A DNA stretch of 64,000 bases from an uncultured Eubacteriales bacterium (GCA_964410125.1 CAYPGQ010000006.1:29194-93193), one strand, 5' to 3'; shown: positions 44,763-54,271, counted from the stretch's first letter. Numbers and translations are program-made. The notes: generated by a model not told the origin, from the sequence alone.

Positions 44763-45692
44763 TTAAACAAACAGGGAACTCACAGAATGTCCTCGACTTA
44801 TTCTTCGAATGGCTTCCCCGAACAGCTCGGCCACAGAGATCACCAAAAATTTTTCAGAAGACTGAGCTTTTTCGTTCAGGGGAATTGTGTCGGTTACGAT
44901 TATTTTTTCCAGTTGGGAATTCTCGATTCTATCGAGGGCCTCTCCGGATAAAACGGGATGAGTACATGCCGCGAACACCTTGCGGGCGCCCTCTTTGATC
45001 AACGCTTCAACGCTCTGGATAAGAGTTCCCGCTGTGTCCACCATGTCGTCGACGATCACAACGTCCCGCTCTTTCACCTCCCCGATGACATGAAGGACGC
45101 GTGCCACATTCGGCGCAGGCCGCCTTTTATCTATGATCGCTAAGTTGGCCTTCAATCTTTTTGCAAGAACCCGGGCTCTTCCTACTCCTCCGGCATCCGG
45201 AGATACAATGGTCAAGTCCTTGAGCTCCAAATTCTGGATATACCGGGCCAATACAGGAGCCGCCGTCAGATTATCAACAGGGATGGAGAAAAAACCTTGG
45301 ATCTGTGGGGAATGAAGATCCATGGTCAGGACTCTATTCGAACCAGCCGCTTCGAGCAAATCAGCCACCAATCTGGCCGAGATGGCCACCCGTGGCCTGT
45401 CCTTCCAATCTTGCCGGGCATATGCGTAATAGGGTATGACGGCTGTAATCCTTTCCGCTGAGGCCCGCTTGAAGGCATCGATCATCACAAATATTTCCAT
45501 GAGATGAAAGTTGGCGTCGAACGCCCCGGATTGGAGGACAAAAACATCCTCTCCGCGCACGTTTTCATCGATGAAAAAGTGGATTTCCCCATCGCTAAAA
45601 CGTTCCAGCACAGATTGCCCGAGATCGATGTTAAGATAATCCGCAACCTCTTTGGCCAGGGCAGAATTGGAAGAACCTGCAAACACCTTCAT
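44763..45692 (-). CDS. prs: ribose-phosphate diphosphokinase
   Basis: MKVFAGSSN, DLHSPQIQGFF and VDDMVDTAGT motifs are present. ATG 45692 follows an AAGGAAGAG RBS and is preferred over GTG 45710. Confidence 0.92.
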   Translation of the reverse strand: MKVFAGSSNSALAKEVADYLNIDLGQSVLERFSDGEIHFFIDENVRGEDVFVLQSGAFDANFHLMEIFVMIDAFKRASAERITAVIPYYAYARQDWKDRPRVAISARLVADLLEAAGSNRVLTMDLHSPQIQGFFSIPVDNLTAAPVLARYIQNLELKDLTIVSPDAGGVGRARVLAKRLKANLAIIDKRRPAPNVARVLHVIGEVKERDVVIVDDMVDTAGTLIQSVEALIKEGARKVFAACTHPVLSGEALDRIENSQLEKIIVTDTIPLNEKAQSSEKFLVISVAELFGEAIRRISRGHSVSSLFV

Positions 45693-45761
45693 TTTATTCT
45701 CTTCCTTCACCGCTTCTCCTCCTTCAAAATCTCTCCAATCGAGGATTTTTCCACCACAACA

Positions 45762-45836
45762 TGGCTGGGGTGGGAGGATTCGAACCTCCGAATGGCGGAT
45801 CCAAAGTCCGCTGCCTTACCGCTTGGCTACACCCCA
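45762..45836 (-). tRNA. tRNA-Gln (anticodon UUG)
   Basis: The 75-nt cloverleaf has the acceptor stem TGGGGTG/CACCCCA, anticodon stem GCGGA/TCCGC with loop CTTTGGA, T arm GGAGGTTCGAATCCTCC and an encoded CCA. Confidence 0.9.
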
Positions 45837-46693
45837 GTTTGTATCTGTTTCCGATACTCTGTTCGTGACAATGTCGTCGTAAAGACAACTGTATGTTCGT
45901 TCGAAAGCGTCCTAAAAGCTTTCATCGCCTTTTTCCTTTGATGGAAAAGGCCATAAACAGCCGAACCGCTGCCACTCATCAAAGTCAGCTCTGACCCCTG
46001 CTCCTGGATTAGGATCTTAATAGCTTTTATCTGAGGATATGATCGAAATACAGTCTCTTCTAAATCGTTTTCCAAAAAGCCAAGATCACGGCTGTCTAAA
46101 AACTTGATAATTTTACTGTCTTTATCCTGTGAAGTCAAGGAGGCACAAAACCTCTCATAGACAGCCGCTGTCGAGACAGAAGCCGACGGAAGGACCAATA
46201 CACACAGGAAAGGCTTCAGGTCTTCTTGCGGAAAAAGGATGTCTCCTTTCCCTTGCCCCAAACACAAGCCTCCTTCGAAAAAATACGGGATATCAGCTCC
46301 TAGTTGGGCCCCCAAATCCCTAAGGGCATTTTTCTCCTGACCAATTTTCCACATTTTGTTCAGGGCCGACAGCGTCATGGCCGCATTGCTGCTTCCTCCT
46401 CCCAAGCCTTTGCCGGCAGGAATGTTTTTCGTCACATGAATTTCCACGCCCGTTTTGATGGCATGCCGTTCCTTTAGAAGGGTAGCAGCCTGGTGAATAA
46501 GGTTAGATCCATCCCAAGGGATGGAATCATCATCTCCCTTCAGAATAATTTCATTTTGTGTACAGGGAAAAAACGTCAAAAGATCAAACAGGTTTACCGT
46601 CTGGAACAAAGTCCTGATTTCATGATAGCCATCATCTCTTTTTCCCAGAACTTCTATCCCAAGGTTAATTTTGGCAAAGGATTTAACGCGCAT
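45827..46693 (-). CDS. ispE: 4-diphosphocytidyl-2-C-methyl-D-erythritol kinase
   Basis: AKINLGIEVLGKRDDGYHEI and the GHMP motif IPAGKGLGGGSSNAA are present. I set the start to ATG 46693 (MRVKSF). The last 10 nt overlap the tRNA-Gln 5' end. Confidence 0.88.
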   Translation of the reverse strand: MRVKSFAKINLGIEVLGKRDDGYHEIRTLFQTVNLFDLLTFFPCTQNEIILKGDDDSIPWDGSNLIHQAATLLKERHAIKTGVEIHVTKNIPAGKGLGGGSSNAAMTLSALNKMWKIGQEKNALRDLGAQLGADIPYFFEGGLCLGQGKGDILFPQEDLKPFLCVLVLPSASVSTAAVYERFCASLTSQDKDSKIIKFLDSRDLGFLENDLEETVFRSYPQIKAIKILIQEQGSELTLMSGSGSAVYGLFHQRKKAMKAFRTLSNEHTVVFTTTLSRTEYRKQIQTGV

Positions 46694-47381
46694 GGTTGAG
46701 CAATTCTTGGATTTCTGTCCAAGTTTTGGGCTGGTATCTTTCGATGAATTCAGTGGAAAAAACACTTGGTTTTATCGGGCCATTGAGGTTGACACTCAGG
46801 ACTTTCACCTGTCCTGTGCTCAAAGGGTGCTTGAATATGAGGCGCCGGGCAAACGGCGTATCTCCGATAAACTCTTCGATCTTAAACCTGAGGTCTTCTC
46901 TTTGCCCGGAGACAATGCGGCCATCATGGTCTTTTGTAAAAGACCAGTTTCCTAAGTCCTCGTTGTGTAACATTTCTTGTTCGCTCCAGTTTCCGCTCAA
47001 AAGGTTGATCATTTCGGCCAGGTTCAACCGGAATCCCATGAATTTATCTATTATTTCTTCTTCCTGGCCTTGCCAATACACTTTTTTTGAGGGAACAACA
47101 AAGTATGCTCCCCCCTCATGAATGATAATGCGATAAAGGACACTCCCCAAAGCGCCTGTGACATCGATCCGCCCACGGTCAGGCAGATGGAAAAGAAAGG
47201 AAAACTTCGATCTTGCCGTTCCTTGATCTCCAGAGATCACCAAGGAAGCATGTCCCTCCATCCGGTCAATTCGGGAAGGGAGCGGGGATAGGGATATAGG
47301 GGGAAGTTGACAGCACGCAAGAGCTGCCAGCACAAAACAGATGACACCCGTTTGAACTTTCCGCAAAATGCATCCTCTCAA
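46683..47381 (-). CDS. LolB-like outer-membrane lipoprotein
   Basis: It has a signal peptide with a lipobox-like VLAALAC. It sits upstream of ispE-prs as lolB does in proteobacteria. Sequence similarity could not be verified. Confidence 0.5.
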   Translation of the reverse strand: MRGCILRKVQTGVICFVLAALACCQLPPISLSPLPSRIDRMEGHASLVISGDQGTARSKFSFLFHLPDRGRIDVTGALGSVLYRIIIHEGGAYFVVPSKKVYWQGQEEEIIDKFMGFRLNLAEMINLLSGNWSEQEMLHNEDLGNWSFTKDHDGRIVSGQREDLRFKIEEFIGDTPFARRLIFKHPLSTGQVKVLSVNLNGPIKPSVFSTEFIERYQPKTWTEIQELLNHAR

Positions 47382-47702
47382 TCAGCTAGAATTTTTTTCG
47401 CTGCTTTTTCCGCCCAGATCAAACCCATAATCCTCTGTCGCAATGTTTGGCCTTGTGCCCGGACTTCTCTTTTGAGCCTGCTTTTGTATGTTTGCTCCTT
47501 GGATTATTTTTTCTCCAGGGCCACCAAGATCAAAACCGTAGTCCACTGTTTCTCTAATTTTCTGTTTCATCTTTTTCTTGCGTATTACGGGATAAAGCGG
47601 AGACTTCAGCTTCCTTCCAAAACAAGATAGGTTGGGATTAAAAACCATAAGAACGATGAATAAAGCAAGAATGCCCAGGATTCCGTATAATGCAAGCTTC
47701 AT
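47382..47702 (-). CDS. hypothetical small membrane-anchored protein with a duplicated DYGFDLGG motif
   Basis: It has an N-terminal TM segment, and DYGFDLGG occurs twice. Its stop abuts the start of the downstream lolB-like gene. Confidence 0.5.
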   Translation of the reverse strand: MKLALYGILGILALFIVLMVFNPNLSCFGRKLKSPLYPVIRKKKMKQKIRETVDYGFDLGGPGEKIIQGANIQKQAQKRSPGTRPNIATEDYGFDLGGKSSEKNSS

Positions 47703-47785
47703 TTGGTCCCTCTGAAACTAACCTTAATTATTCTCTGTTTTCTTAAACTTTATTATACGGCCCACCCATAGTTTCGTCAACCAGC

Positions 47786-47902
47786 CCTGAATTATTTATA
47801 AAAATTGTCGATCCTATTCTTCAATAGAAAAATCAGGTTTCAAAACCAATAAATCTCATAATCAACAATTTTTACCCTACGGGCGAACCAATCTTACTGC
47901 AT
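47786..47902. repeat. intergenic repeat element of about 120 nt, copy B
   Basis: It starts CCTGAATTATTTATAAAAATTGTCGAT and ends ATTTTTACCCTACGGGCGAACCAATCTTACTGCAT. It matches copy A (25963-26082) at both ends with the same spacing. Confidence 0.7.
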
Positions 47903-47981
47903 CGACTTCGTTGCAGCCCAATCGTAGTATACAAATACAACTCATGAGCTGCTGCCTGGCCGCTGCAGCAATCTAGGCCCG

Positions 47982-48009
47982 TAAATAATCCAGGCTCATG
48001 AATTATTTA
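47982..48009. repeat. AT-rich palindromic (REP-like) hairpin
   Basis: TAAATAATCCAGGCTCATGAATTATTTA is nearly identical to 43439-43466. Confidence 0.55.
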
Positions 48010-48098
48010 TAAAAACGGCTGGAAAATCGGATTTTCAAATTCAGGGAAAAGGCAACACCCAAAGCAGGAAGGGAGGCTCGGAACAATAAAATGCGCTA

Positions 48099-48242
48099 TT
48101 ATCCCTCGGGGAGTTTTTCCTCTGACTCTTCTTGAAAGTCAGAAATCTGGGACATGACATTCTCTTTGCCCATATAGAAGCCAAGATAAAATGCTGAAGA
48201 TGCAAGTATTAAAACAAACAAGGATTTAAAAATATCTTTCAT
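48099..48242 (-). CDS. possible 47-aa small membrane protein
   Basis: The ORF MKDIFKSLFVLILASSAFYLGFYMGKEN... has one TM segment and a purine-rich stretch before its ATG. It is below the ORF-track size cutoff. Confidence 0.3.
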   Translation of the reverse strand: MKDIFKSLFVLILASSAFYLGFYMGKENVMSQISDFQEESEEKLPEG

Positions 48243-48353
48243 GGTCTTTCTTTCCAATTTTCATCCAAATACGGATAAAAGTCAACCCATTGCTTTTTCC
48301 CAGTATTCGGAGTATATTTTTGCTAGGATCGCCCCATAAGGATTGTCATTCAG

Positions 48354-49781
48354 ATGAGAAAAAAAATCGTGTTTTTTGTCTTTTTGATCTTGGTTTTTGT
48401 TTCAGCATCTTGGCCTCAAGGTTTACGAAAGGCTCAACTGACCGGATCCTGGTACCCAAAAGATCCAGAGGCACTCTCCAGGCTTATCGATTATTTCCTC
48501 AAAAATGTGCCGGCATCGATCCCTCCATCAGGCAACATCATGGCGATTATAGCCCCCCACGCAGGCTATGTTTTTTCCGGTCAAGTAGCAGCCTACGCCT
48601 ACAAGTCTATCCAGAATAAAAATTACGAGTCCGTTGTTATTCTAGCTCCATCCCATCAGTTCGGATTCGAAGGCTGTTCCATCTATCCAAAAGGAGGATA
48701 TGAAACACCTTTTGGCATTGCTCAGGTCGATGCGTCTCTTGCTGCTGAAATTTCTAAGGCCACAGGATTCGGTTATATCGCTCAAGCCCACCAGGCCGAA
48801 CATTCTGTTGAGATTCAGGTCCCGTTTGTGCAAAAAGTTCTGCCACAGGCAAAAATTGTGCCCATCGTGATGGGAATTCCCAAAAAGGCTACGATAACTC
48901 GCCTTGCAGAGGGGCTTAAAAAGGCCACGGCTGGAAAAAAAATCCTCATCATCGCTTCGACCGATCTTTCTCATTTCCTTACGAAAGAAGAAGCCAATAA
49001 AAAAGATAACGAGACCATTGCTCTAATCCGAGAGTTCAAAACGGACGAACTCATCAGGAAGTGCGAGAAGGGAGAAAACATCATGTGTGGAGGAGGCCCG
49101 GTTGGGGCGACCCTTCTTTTTGGAAAGGATAAAGCCAGCGTAGAAATCTTGCGGTATTCCGACTCCTCCGAGGCCAGCAAGGATGAATCCCGGGTAGTCG
49201 GATATCTTGCCGCCGCCCTCCTTGCCAAGCCTTCCACAAAAGAGTTTCTTTTGTCCGAACTGGACAAAAAAGAGCTATTGCAGCTGGCCTATTCCACAGT
49301 TAACCTGTATGTCCAGGAAAACAAGGTGCTGGAATACAAACCCCAAAGCGAAAATCTTTTGCAGAATTGCGGGGCTTTTGTGACGCTTAAAAAATATGGG
49401 CAACTGCGGGGTTGTATCGGATTCATCGAACCTGTTTTACCGCTCCACCAGACCGTCATTCAGGCCAGCATCTATGCGGCCTGCCGAGATTCCCGATTCC
49501 TCCCGGTTACTCGAGATGAACTCGATGATCTGAAGGTGGAAATTTCCGTGCTAACTCCGCTTAAAAAAATAATCAATCCAAACAGGATAACCGTAGGCAG
49601 GCATGGCCTCGTAATCGCAAAGGATGGGAAAAGAGGACTTCTCCTTCCCCAGGTCGCCATTGAACACAACTGGACTCGCGAAACCTTTTTGGAACGGGCT
49701 TGCCTCAAAGCAGGCCTGCCAAAAAACGCCTGGCGATCCGGTGCCGAAATATTTGTGTTTGAAGCCATTGTTTTTCACTAA
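48354..49781 (+). CDS. fused AmmeMemoRadiSam system proteins B and A (Memo-like dioxygenase fold plus AMMECR1 domain)
   Basis: The N-terminal half is Memo-like (AIIAPHAGYVFSG, ASTDLSH). The C-terminal half is AMMECR1 (GAFVTLKKYGQLRGCIGFIEP, RHGL). An N-terminal signal-like segment is present. Confidence 0.8.
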   Translation: MRKKIVFFVFLILVFVSASWPQGLRKAQLTGSWYPKDPEALSRLIDYFLKNVPASIPPSGNIMAIIAPHAGYVFSGQVAAYAYKSIQNKNYESVVILAPSHQFGFEGCSIYPKGGYETPFGIAQVDASLAAEISKATGFGYIAQAHQAEHSVEIQVPFVQKVLPQAKIVPIVMGIPKKATITRLAEGLKKATAGKKILIIASTDLSHFLTKEEANKKDNETIALIREFKTDELIRKCEKGENIMCGGGPVGATLLFGKDKASVEILRYSDSSEASKDESRVVGYLAAALLAKPSTKEFLLSELDKKELLQLAYSTVNLYVQENKVLEYKPQSENLLQNCGAFVTLKKYGQLRGCIGFIEPVLPLHQTVIQASIYAACRDSRFLPVTRDELDDLKVEISVLTPLKKIINPNRITVGRHGLVIAKDGKRGLLLPQVAIEHNWTRETFLERACLKAGLPKNAWRSGAEIFVFEAIVFH

Positions 49782-49840
49782 AGTCGTTTCCTGCTTTCCC
49801 ATGCCTAAAAAAACCGCACCTTTATATCCCGGAATAAGTC

Positions 49841-49849
49841 TGGTATAAT
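49841..49849 (+). promoter_or_regulatory. extended -10 promoter element (TGGTATAAT) with TTTATA at -35
   Basis: TGnTATAAT lies 26 nt upstream of ATG 49875. TTTATA lies 17 nt upstream of the TATAAT. Confidence 0.45.
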
Positions 49850-49874
49850 ACAAAGTTTCATTTCGAGCAAACCA

Positions 49875-50165
49875 ATGCCACTATACGAATACAAATGTAC
49901 AAAGTGTGGATCTGTTTTTGAAGTTTTGCAAAAGGTCAATGAGCCCTTGCTAAAAAAATGCATCTACTGCCAAGGTGCTGTAAAAAAAGTTCTTTCCCCT
50001 CCGGCTCTCCAGTTTAAAGGAAGCGGATGGTATGTCACCGATTATGCCTCAAAAAAAAACCGAGCATCTGATTCCGAACCTAAAGAAAAGCCCAAAAAAG
50101 ACAAAGACACATCCCTAAAAAAGAAAGGGGCACCTTCTTCTTCCTCCGGAAAAAACAATTCTTAA
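49875..50165 (+). CDS. FmdB-family zinc-ribbon protein
   Basis: The motif YEYKCTKCG...CIYCQG is present, followed by a K/S-rich tail. Confidence 0.8.
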   Translation: MPLYEYKCTKCGSVFEVLQKVNEPLLKKCIYCQGAVKKVLSPPALQFKGSGWYVTDYASKKNRASDSEPKEKPKKDKDTSLKKKGAPSSSSGKNNS

Positions 50166-50299
50166 TCCCCCCCCCCACTCTCCCATAAAAAAAGCCCCTT
50201 TCCCGCACCCCATACTACCAAAAGCCATACAAACTGATGAGGAGGCCATTCGAAGGCGAGAAAGCATCGCTTTTGACAAGATCCCGGTTAGTGAATACA

Positions 50300-51310
50300 A
50301 TGGATTTCATGAAAATCGTGGTTCGTGCGCCAAATTGGGTGGGAGATTCCGTCCTTGCCCTCCCGGCTATGAATACTATAAAAAGAAACTACCCGGAGTC
50401 CGAAGTCTGGATAGCTGCTCAAGATTGGGTCAAAGATCTTTTTTCGATGAGCGATATGTTTGCAGGCACCATCTCTCTCCCCGAACAGAAAGGATTTAAA
50501 AACCTTCATGTTTCAGCCCGTCGCCTCCGAACTTTCTGTTTTGACTTAGGCATTCTGTTCACGAATTCCTTTGCATCTGCGTTTGTGTTTTACCTGGCAA
50601 GAATTCCCCAACGGTGGGGATACAAAAAAGACGGGCGAGGCATCCTGCTCACTAAAGGAATCCCTGTACAATCCAAAGAAAATCGAGTCCACCAAGCTCA
50701 CTACTACCTCGATCTCCTTTCAGGCCTGGGAATGAAAGAATTCCCTGAGGAGCACCCCCTCCAGGTAGACCAAAAGGAAAAGACGCTGACAGAAGAGTGG
50801 TTAGAATCCCAAAATATTCAAATCCAACGGCCTCTTATCATCATCAACCCAGGGGCATACTACGGAAGCGCCAAGAGGTGGCCGGCAGAAAAATACGCTG
50901 AACTTGCCTCCCTCCTTCAAAGAAAGACGCTGGCACAGATTCTGATCATCGGCTCTGCCGAGGAAACACCTCTGGCCGAAGCCATCTCCTCCTTAATGAA
51001 CGAACGCCCGTATGTTCTGACGGGAAAGACGAATCTACCTCGATTGGCCGCTTTACTGAGTCTCGCAGATCTTTTTGTGACAAACGATTCAGGTCCCATG
51101 CATTTGGCAAATTTCCTGAAGATTCCCTTAGTCGCCCTATTCGGCCCCACAGAACCTGCCCGGACGGGCCCTTATCAGCAACCTGCCATAGTTATCCACA
51201 AGGAAGCCTCTTGCTGGCCCTGTTCTTACAGGCAATGCCCGCTTGACCACAGGTGTATGCTGGATATTTCTCCCAAGGAGGTTCTTCAAGCCTGCCAAAA
51301 ATTATTATGA
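50300..51310 (+). CDS. waaF: ADP-heptose:LPS heptosyltransferase (WaaF/RfaF-like, GT9)
   Basis: KIVVRAPNWVGDSVLALPA and NDSGPMHLANFLKIPLVALFGPT motifs are present. The start is either ATG 50300 or ATG 50309. Confidence 0.82.
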   Translation: MDFMKIVVRAPNWVGDSVLALPAMNTIKRNYPESEVWIAAQDWVKDLFSMSDMFAGTISLPEQKGFKNLHVSARRLRTFCFDLGILFTNSFASAFVFYLARIPQRWGYKKDGRGILLTKGIPVQSKENRVHQAHYYLDLLSGLGMKEFPEEHPLQVDQKEKTLTEEWLESQNIQIQRPLIIINPGAYYGSAKRWPAEKYAELASLLQRKTLAQILIIGSAEETPLAEAISSLMNERPYVLTGKTNLPRLAALLSLADLFVTNDSGPMHLANFLKIPLVALFGPTEPARTGPYQQPAIVIHKEASCWPCSYRQCPLDHRCMLDISPKEVLQACQKLL

Positions 51311-51891
51311 TGAAAAAACGCGCAGTCTTTCTCGACAGAGACGGAACTATCAACCAAGACGTTGGTTATCCCAATTCCTACAGCATGATTAAAATTTTTT
51401 CTTACAGCTTCGCAGCCGTCCGAAAAATAAATGAGGCCGGATTTCTGGCTGTTATCGTGACCAACCAGTCTGGAGTCGGGAAAGGACTTATCGAAGAAAA
51501 AACCCTTCACAATATCCATCAGAAAATGCGTCTTGCCTTTGCCGAAAAGAAAGCCTCCTTTGATGGGATCTATTACTGTCCCCATTATGAGAACTCTGAG
51601 ATACCTGAATACAGGAAGGCTTGCTCCTGCCGAAAGCCCAATCCCGGGATGGCCCAACAAGCCGTTCAAGACTTAAACATTGACACAGCAAAATCCTACA
51701 TGATCGGAGACAAAGTAGAAGACATCCTTTTCGGAATGAACATCAACGCAACCCCGATACTCTTACTAACAGGATTTGGTCAAAAGTCTCTCCCAAAGCT
51801 CAGGAAGAAGGGAATGGAACCGGCCCACGTGGCAGAAACACTGATTGATGCGGTGGACTGGATTCTCGAAAGGGAAAAATCAAAACCTTAA
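51307..51891 (+). CDS. gmhB: D-glycero-D-manno-heptose 1,7-bisphosphate phosphatase
   Basis: FLDRDGTIN, TNQSGVG, the Zn-loop CPH...CSCRKPNPGM and GDK motifs are present. Its start overlaps the waaF stop (ATGATGA). Confidence 0.88.
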   Translation: MMKKRAVFLDRDGTINQDVGYPNSYSMIKIFSYSFAAVRKINEAGFLAVIVTNQSGVGKGLIEEKTLHNIHQKMRLAFAEKKASFDGIYYCPHYENSEIPEYRKACSCRKPNPGMAQQAVQDLNIDTAKSYMIGDKVEDILFGMNINATPILLLTGFGQKSLPKLRKKGMEPAHVAETLIDAVDWILEREKSKP

Positions 51892-51907
51892 CTAAACCAG
51901 TGGTCAG

Positions 51908-54064
51908 ATGATCAGATTTGATGACATCTTGGAAAAGACGTCCTCTCTCTATTCAGAGAAAGACATCACCATTCTGAAAAAGGCATACGTGTTTGCAGCC
52001 AGGGCACACAAAGGACAGATCCGCCGCTCAGGGGAACCTTATCTAAGCCACCCCCTGGAAGTTGCCAGGATGCTTTCGGAGATGAAGCTTGATTGTGTTA
52101 CTCTGGCCGCAGGATTGCTGCATGATGTTTTGGAAGACACAGATGTGACTGCCGCTGAACTGCAAAAAGATTTCGGAAAAGAAATTGCCGATCTTGTTGA
52201 AGGCGTCACAAAAATCAGCCGCGTCCAGGAAACCTCTCCAGAGACCAGGCAAGCTGAGAGTATACGAAAAATCATCTTGGCAATGACCGATGATCTTCGT
52301 GTGATCTTCATCAAGCTGGCCGACCGGGTACACAACCTTAAAACATTAAAGTTTCTCCCAGAAAACAAACAAAAACAGATTGCACAGGAAACATTGGAGA
52401 TTTATGTTCCGATTGCGAACAGACTGGGAATGGGTCGGATAAAGGCAGAGTTGGAGGACCTCTCTTTCCGGTATGTTGCCCCAGAGGAATACTTTAAAAT
52501 GACCTCATTTGTCGAGCCTCAGAGGAAAAAAGCAGAGAAAGAAATCAAAAAAATCAAAAACACACTCCAGGGCTTGATGAAAGAAAACAACATCCCCGCT
52601 GAAATTTTCTCGCGTATAAAACGCCTTTACAGCATCTACAACAAGATGAAACGCCAAAATATCGATTTCGATCAAGTCTACGACTTCATGGCCATCCGGA
52701 TCATCGCAGACTCGGTTAAAAATTGCTATTCCGCCCTAGGTATCCTCCACCAAAACTGGCCTCATTTTCCGCACCGATTCCGGGACCTTATCTCCATGCC
52801 CAAGCCCAATCTGTACCAAGCCCTTCACACCACGATCATTACCGAAAATAAACATACAATTGAAATTCAGGTTCGCACACAGGCAATGCACAACATGGCA
52901 GAAAACGGAATCTCTGCACACTGGAAATACAAAGAAAAATCCCCTAGGACCATCATGAAGGAGGATGCGCGACTTCACTGGCTGCGAGAAATGGTTGAGC
53001 TTTACAAAGAACAAAAGAGCCCAAAGGAATTCTTGAAAAATTTAAAAATCCATCTTATCCCTGAAGAAGTTTACGTGTTCACCCCCAAAGGAAAAGTAGT
53101 CACACTGCCCTCAGGTGCTTCGGTCCTAGATTTTGCCTTCAAAATTCACTCAGAAATCGGGCTCCAAGCCAAAGAGGCCATTGTCAACGGAAAAAAAACT
53201 CCATTAAAAACCATCCTGAAAACAGGAGACATCATCGAAATTCTCACTTCCTCAGAAAAGCAGCCTCGTCGAGACTGGCTGAACAATGCCTTCTCTTCAA
53301 AGGCAAGATACCACATCAAGCGCTGGTTCAACCAGCAGGACAAAATAAAAAACACAGCCATTGGCAAAAAACTGTGGGAGAAAAAAATCAAGGAATACAA
53401 ATTGCCCCCGCCGCGGTTGAAGAAAGAAAATCTTCTGAAAAGACTCTCCGAGAAAACGCCCTTCAGCCTTCCGGATATCGATGCTTTTTATATTCTGATA
53501 GGTTCGGGAAAATTGGTCCTCAATAAAAAGTTTATGGAAAAGCTCTTCCAAGAAAAAAAATTGACGGATAAAAAAGAGACCATTCTCAAAAAAGTGGTCG
53601 CAAAGGTTGCCAAAAAACCAAAACCATTGATCGAAATTAAACAGGCGGATGAGGCCATCATCAACCTGGCCAAATGTTGTGCCCCCATCCGTGGAGAGTC
53701 TATCATTGGCTATATCACATCAGGCAAAGGAGTAACGGTTCACGCCCAACGATGCGCGCTGGTAAAAAAGGAAATCCTTGATCCCCAGCGGATCGTGGAT
53801 GCTTCCTGGTCTTCCTCCTCTACAGAGGGCTCATACCAAAGCAAAATTCTGGTAAAAAGCCAAGATTCACCCGGTGTTTTGGCCCAGCTCACAACAGTTA
53901 TTGCCGAGCTAGGAGGAAATATCACCAAGGCTCAGGTCGATACTTATGATGGTCAAAAGGCACAAATCAAACTGACGATCATTATCCGAGATCTCAAACA
54001 CCTTGAGCAAATAATAAAAAAGATATTAGGAATTAAAGAGGTTTCTTCTGTCGAAAGAGTCTAA
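51908..54064 (+). CDS. bifunctional (p)ppGpp synthetase/hydrolase (RelA/SpoT homolog)
   Basis: It has an HD domain (HPLEVARML...LLHDVLEDT), a synthetase domain (YRSLHT-like YQALHTTI, EIQVRTQAMH), and TGS and ACT domains. Confidence 0.93.
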   Translation: MIRFDDILEKTSSLYSEKDITILKKAYVFAARAHKGQIRRSGEPYLSHPLEVARMLSEMKLDCVTLAAGLLHDVLEDTDVTAAELQKDFGKEIADLVEGVTKISRVQETSPETRQAESIRKIILAMTDDLRVIFIKLADRVHNLKTLKFLPENKQKQIAQETLEIYVPIANRLGMGRIKAELEDLSFRYVAPEEYFKMTSFVEPQRKKAEKEIKKIKNTLQGLMKENNIPAEIFSRIKRLYSIYNKMKRQNIDFDQVYDFMAIRIIADSVKNCYSALGILHQNWPHFPHRFRDLISMPKPNLYQALHTTIITENKHTIEIQVRTQAMHNMAENGISAHWKYKEKSPRTIMKEDARLHWLREMVELYKEQKSPKEFLKNLKIHLIPEEVYVFTPKGKVVTLPSGASVLDFAFKIHSEIGLQAKEAIVNGKKTPLKTILKTGDIIEILTSSEKQPRRDWLNNAFSSKARYHIKRWFNQQDKIKNTAIGKKLWEKKIKEYKLPPPRLKKENLLKRLSEKTPFSLPDIDAFYILIGSGKLVLNKKFMEKLFQEKKLTDKKETILKKVVAKVAKKPKPLIEIKQADEAIINLAKCCAPIRGESIIGYITSGKGVTVHAQRCALVKKEILDPQRIVDASWSSSSTEGSYQSKILVKSQDSPGVLAQLTTVIAELGGNITKAQVDTYDGQKAQIKLTIIIRDLKHLEQIIKKILGIKEVSSVERV

Positions 54065-54079
54065 CCTGAATAATTCAGG
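54065..54079. repeat. perfect 15-bp palindrome CCTGAATAATTCAGG filling the relA/rpmB convergent gap
   Basis: The palindrome occupies the entire gap between the two stop codons. It uses the same half-sites as the REP-like hairpins. Confidence 0.6.
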
Positions 54080-54271
54080 CTAAGCGGCCTTGGTAACTTT
54101 CCCGGATCGAAGACATCTTGTGCAAACCCATATGCGTTTTGTCCCTGCCGGCGTTTTTGCTTTGACTTTTTGTAAGTTTGGCTTCCATTTCTTCTTGGAA
54201 GCCTTATGTGAATGACTAAGACTTTGCCCAAAGACCGGACCCTTTCCACAAATTTCACAAGCTTTTGGCAT
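54080..54271 (-). CDS. rpmB: 50S ribosomal protein L28
   Basis: MPKACEICGKGPVFGQSLSHSHKASKKKWKPNLQKV matches L28. Confidence 0.92.
   Translation of the reverse strand: MPKACEICGKGPVFGQSLSHSHKASKKKWKPNLQKVKAKTPAGTKRIWVCTRCLRSGKVTKAA

Noticed and set aside
47703-48353. The 650-nt divergent intergenic region, where gene orientation switches from minus to plus, was considered as an alternative replication origin.
   Set aside because: I found no DnaA-box-like 9-mers there, while clear boxes flank dnaA at 58.8-60.3 kb. The first 5.3 kb of the window is also plus-strand, so orientation alone is not informative.
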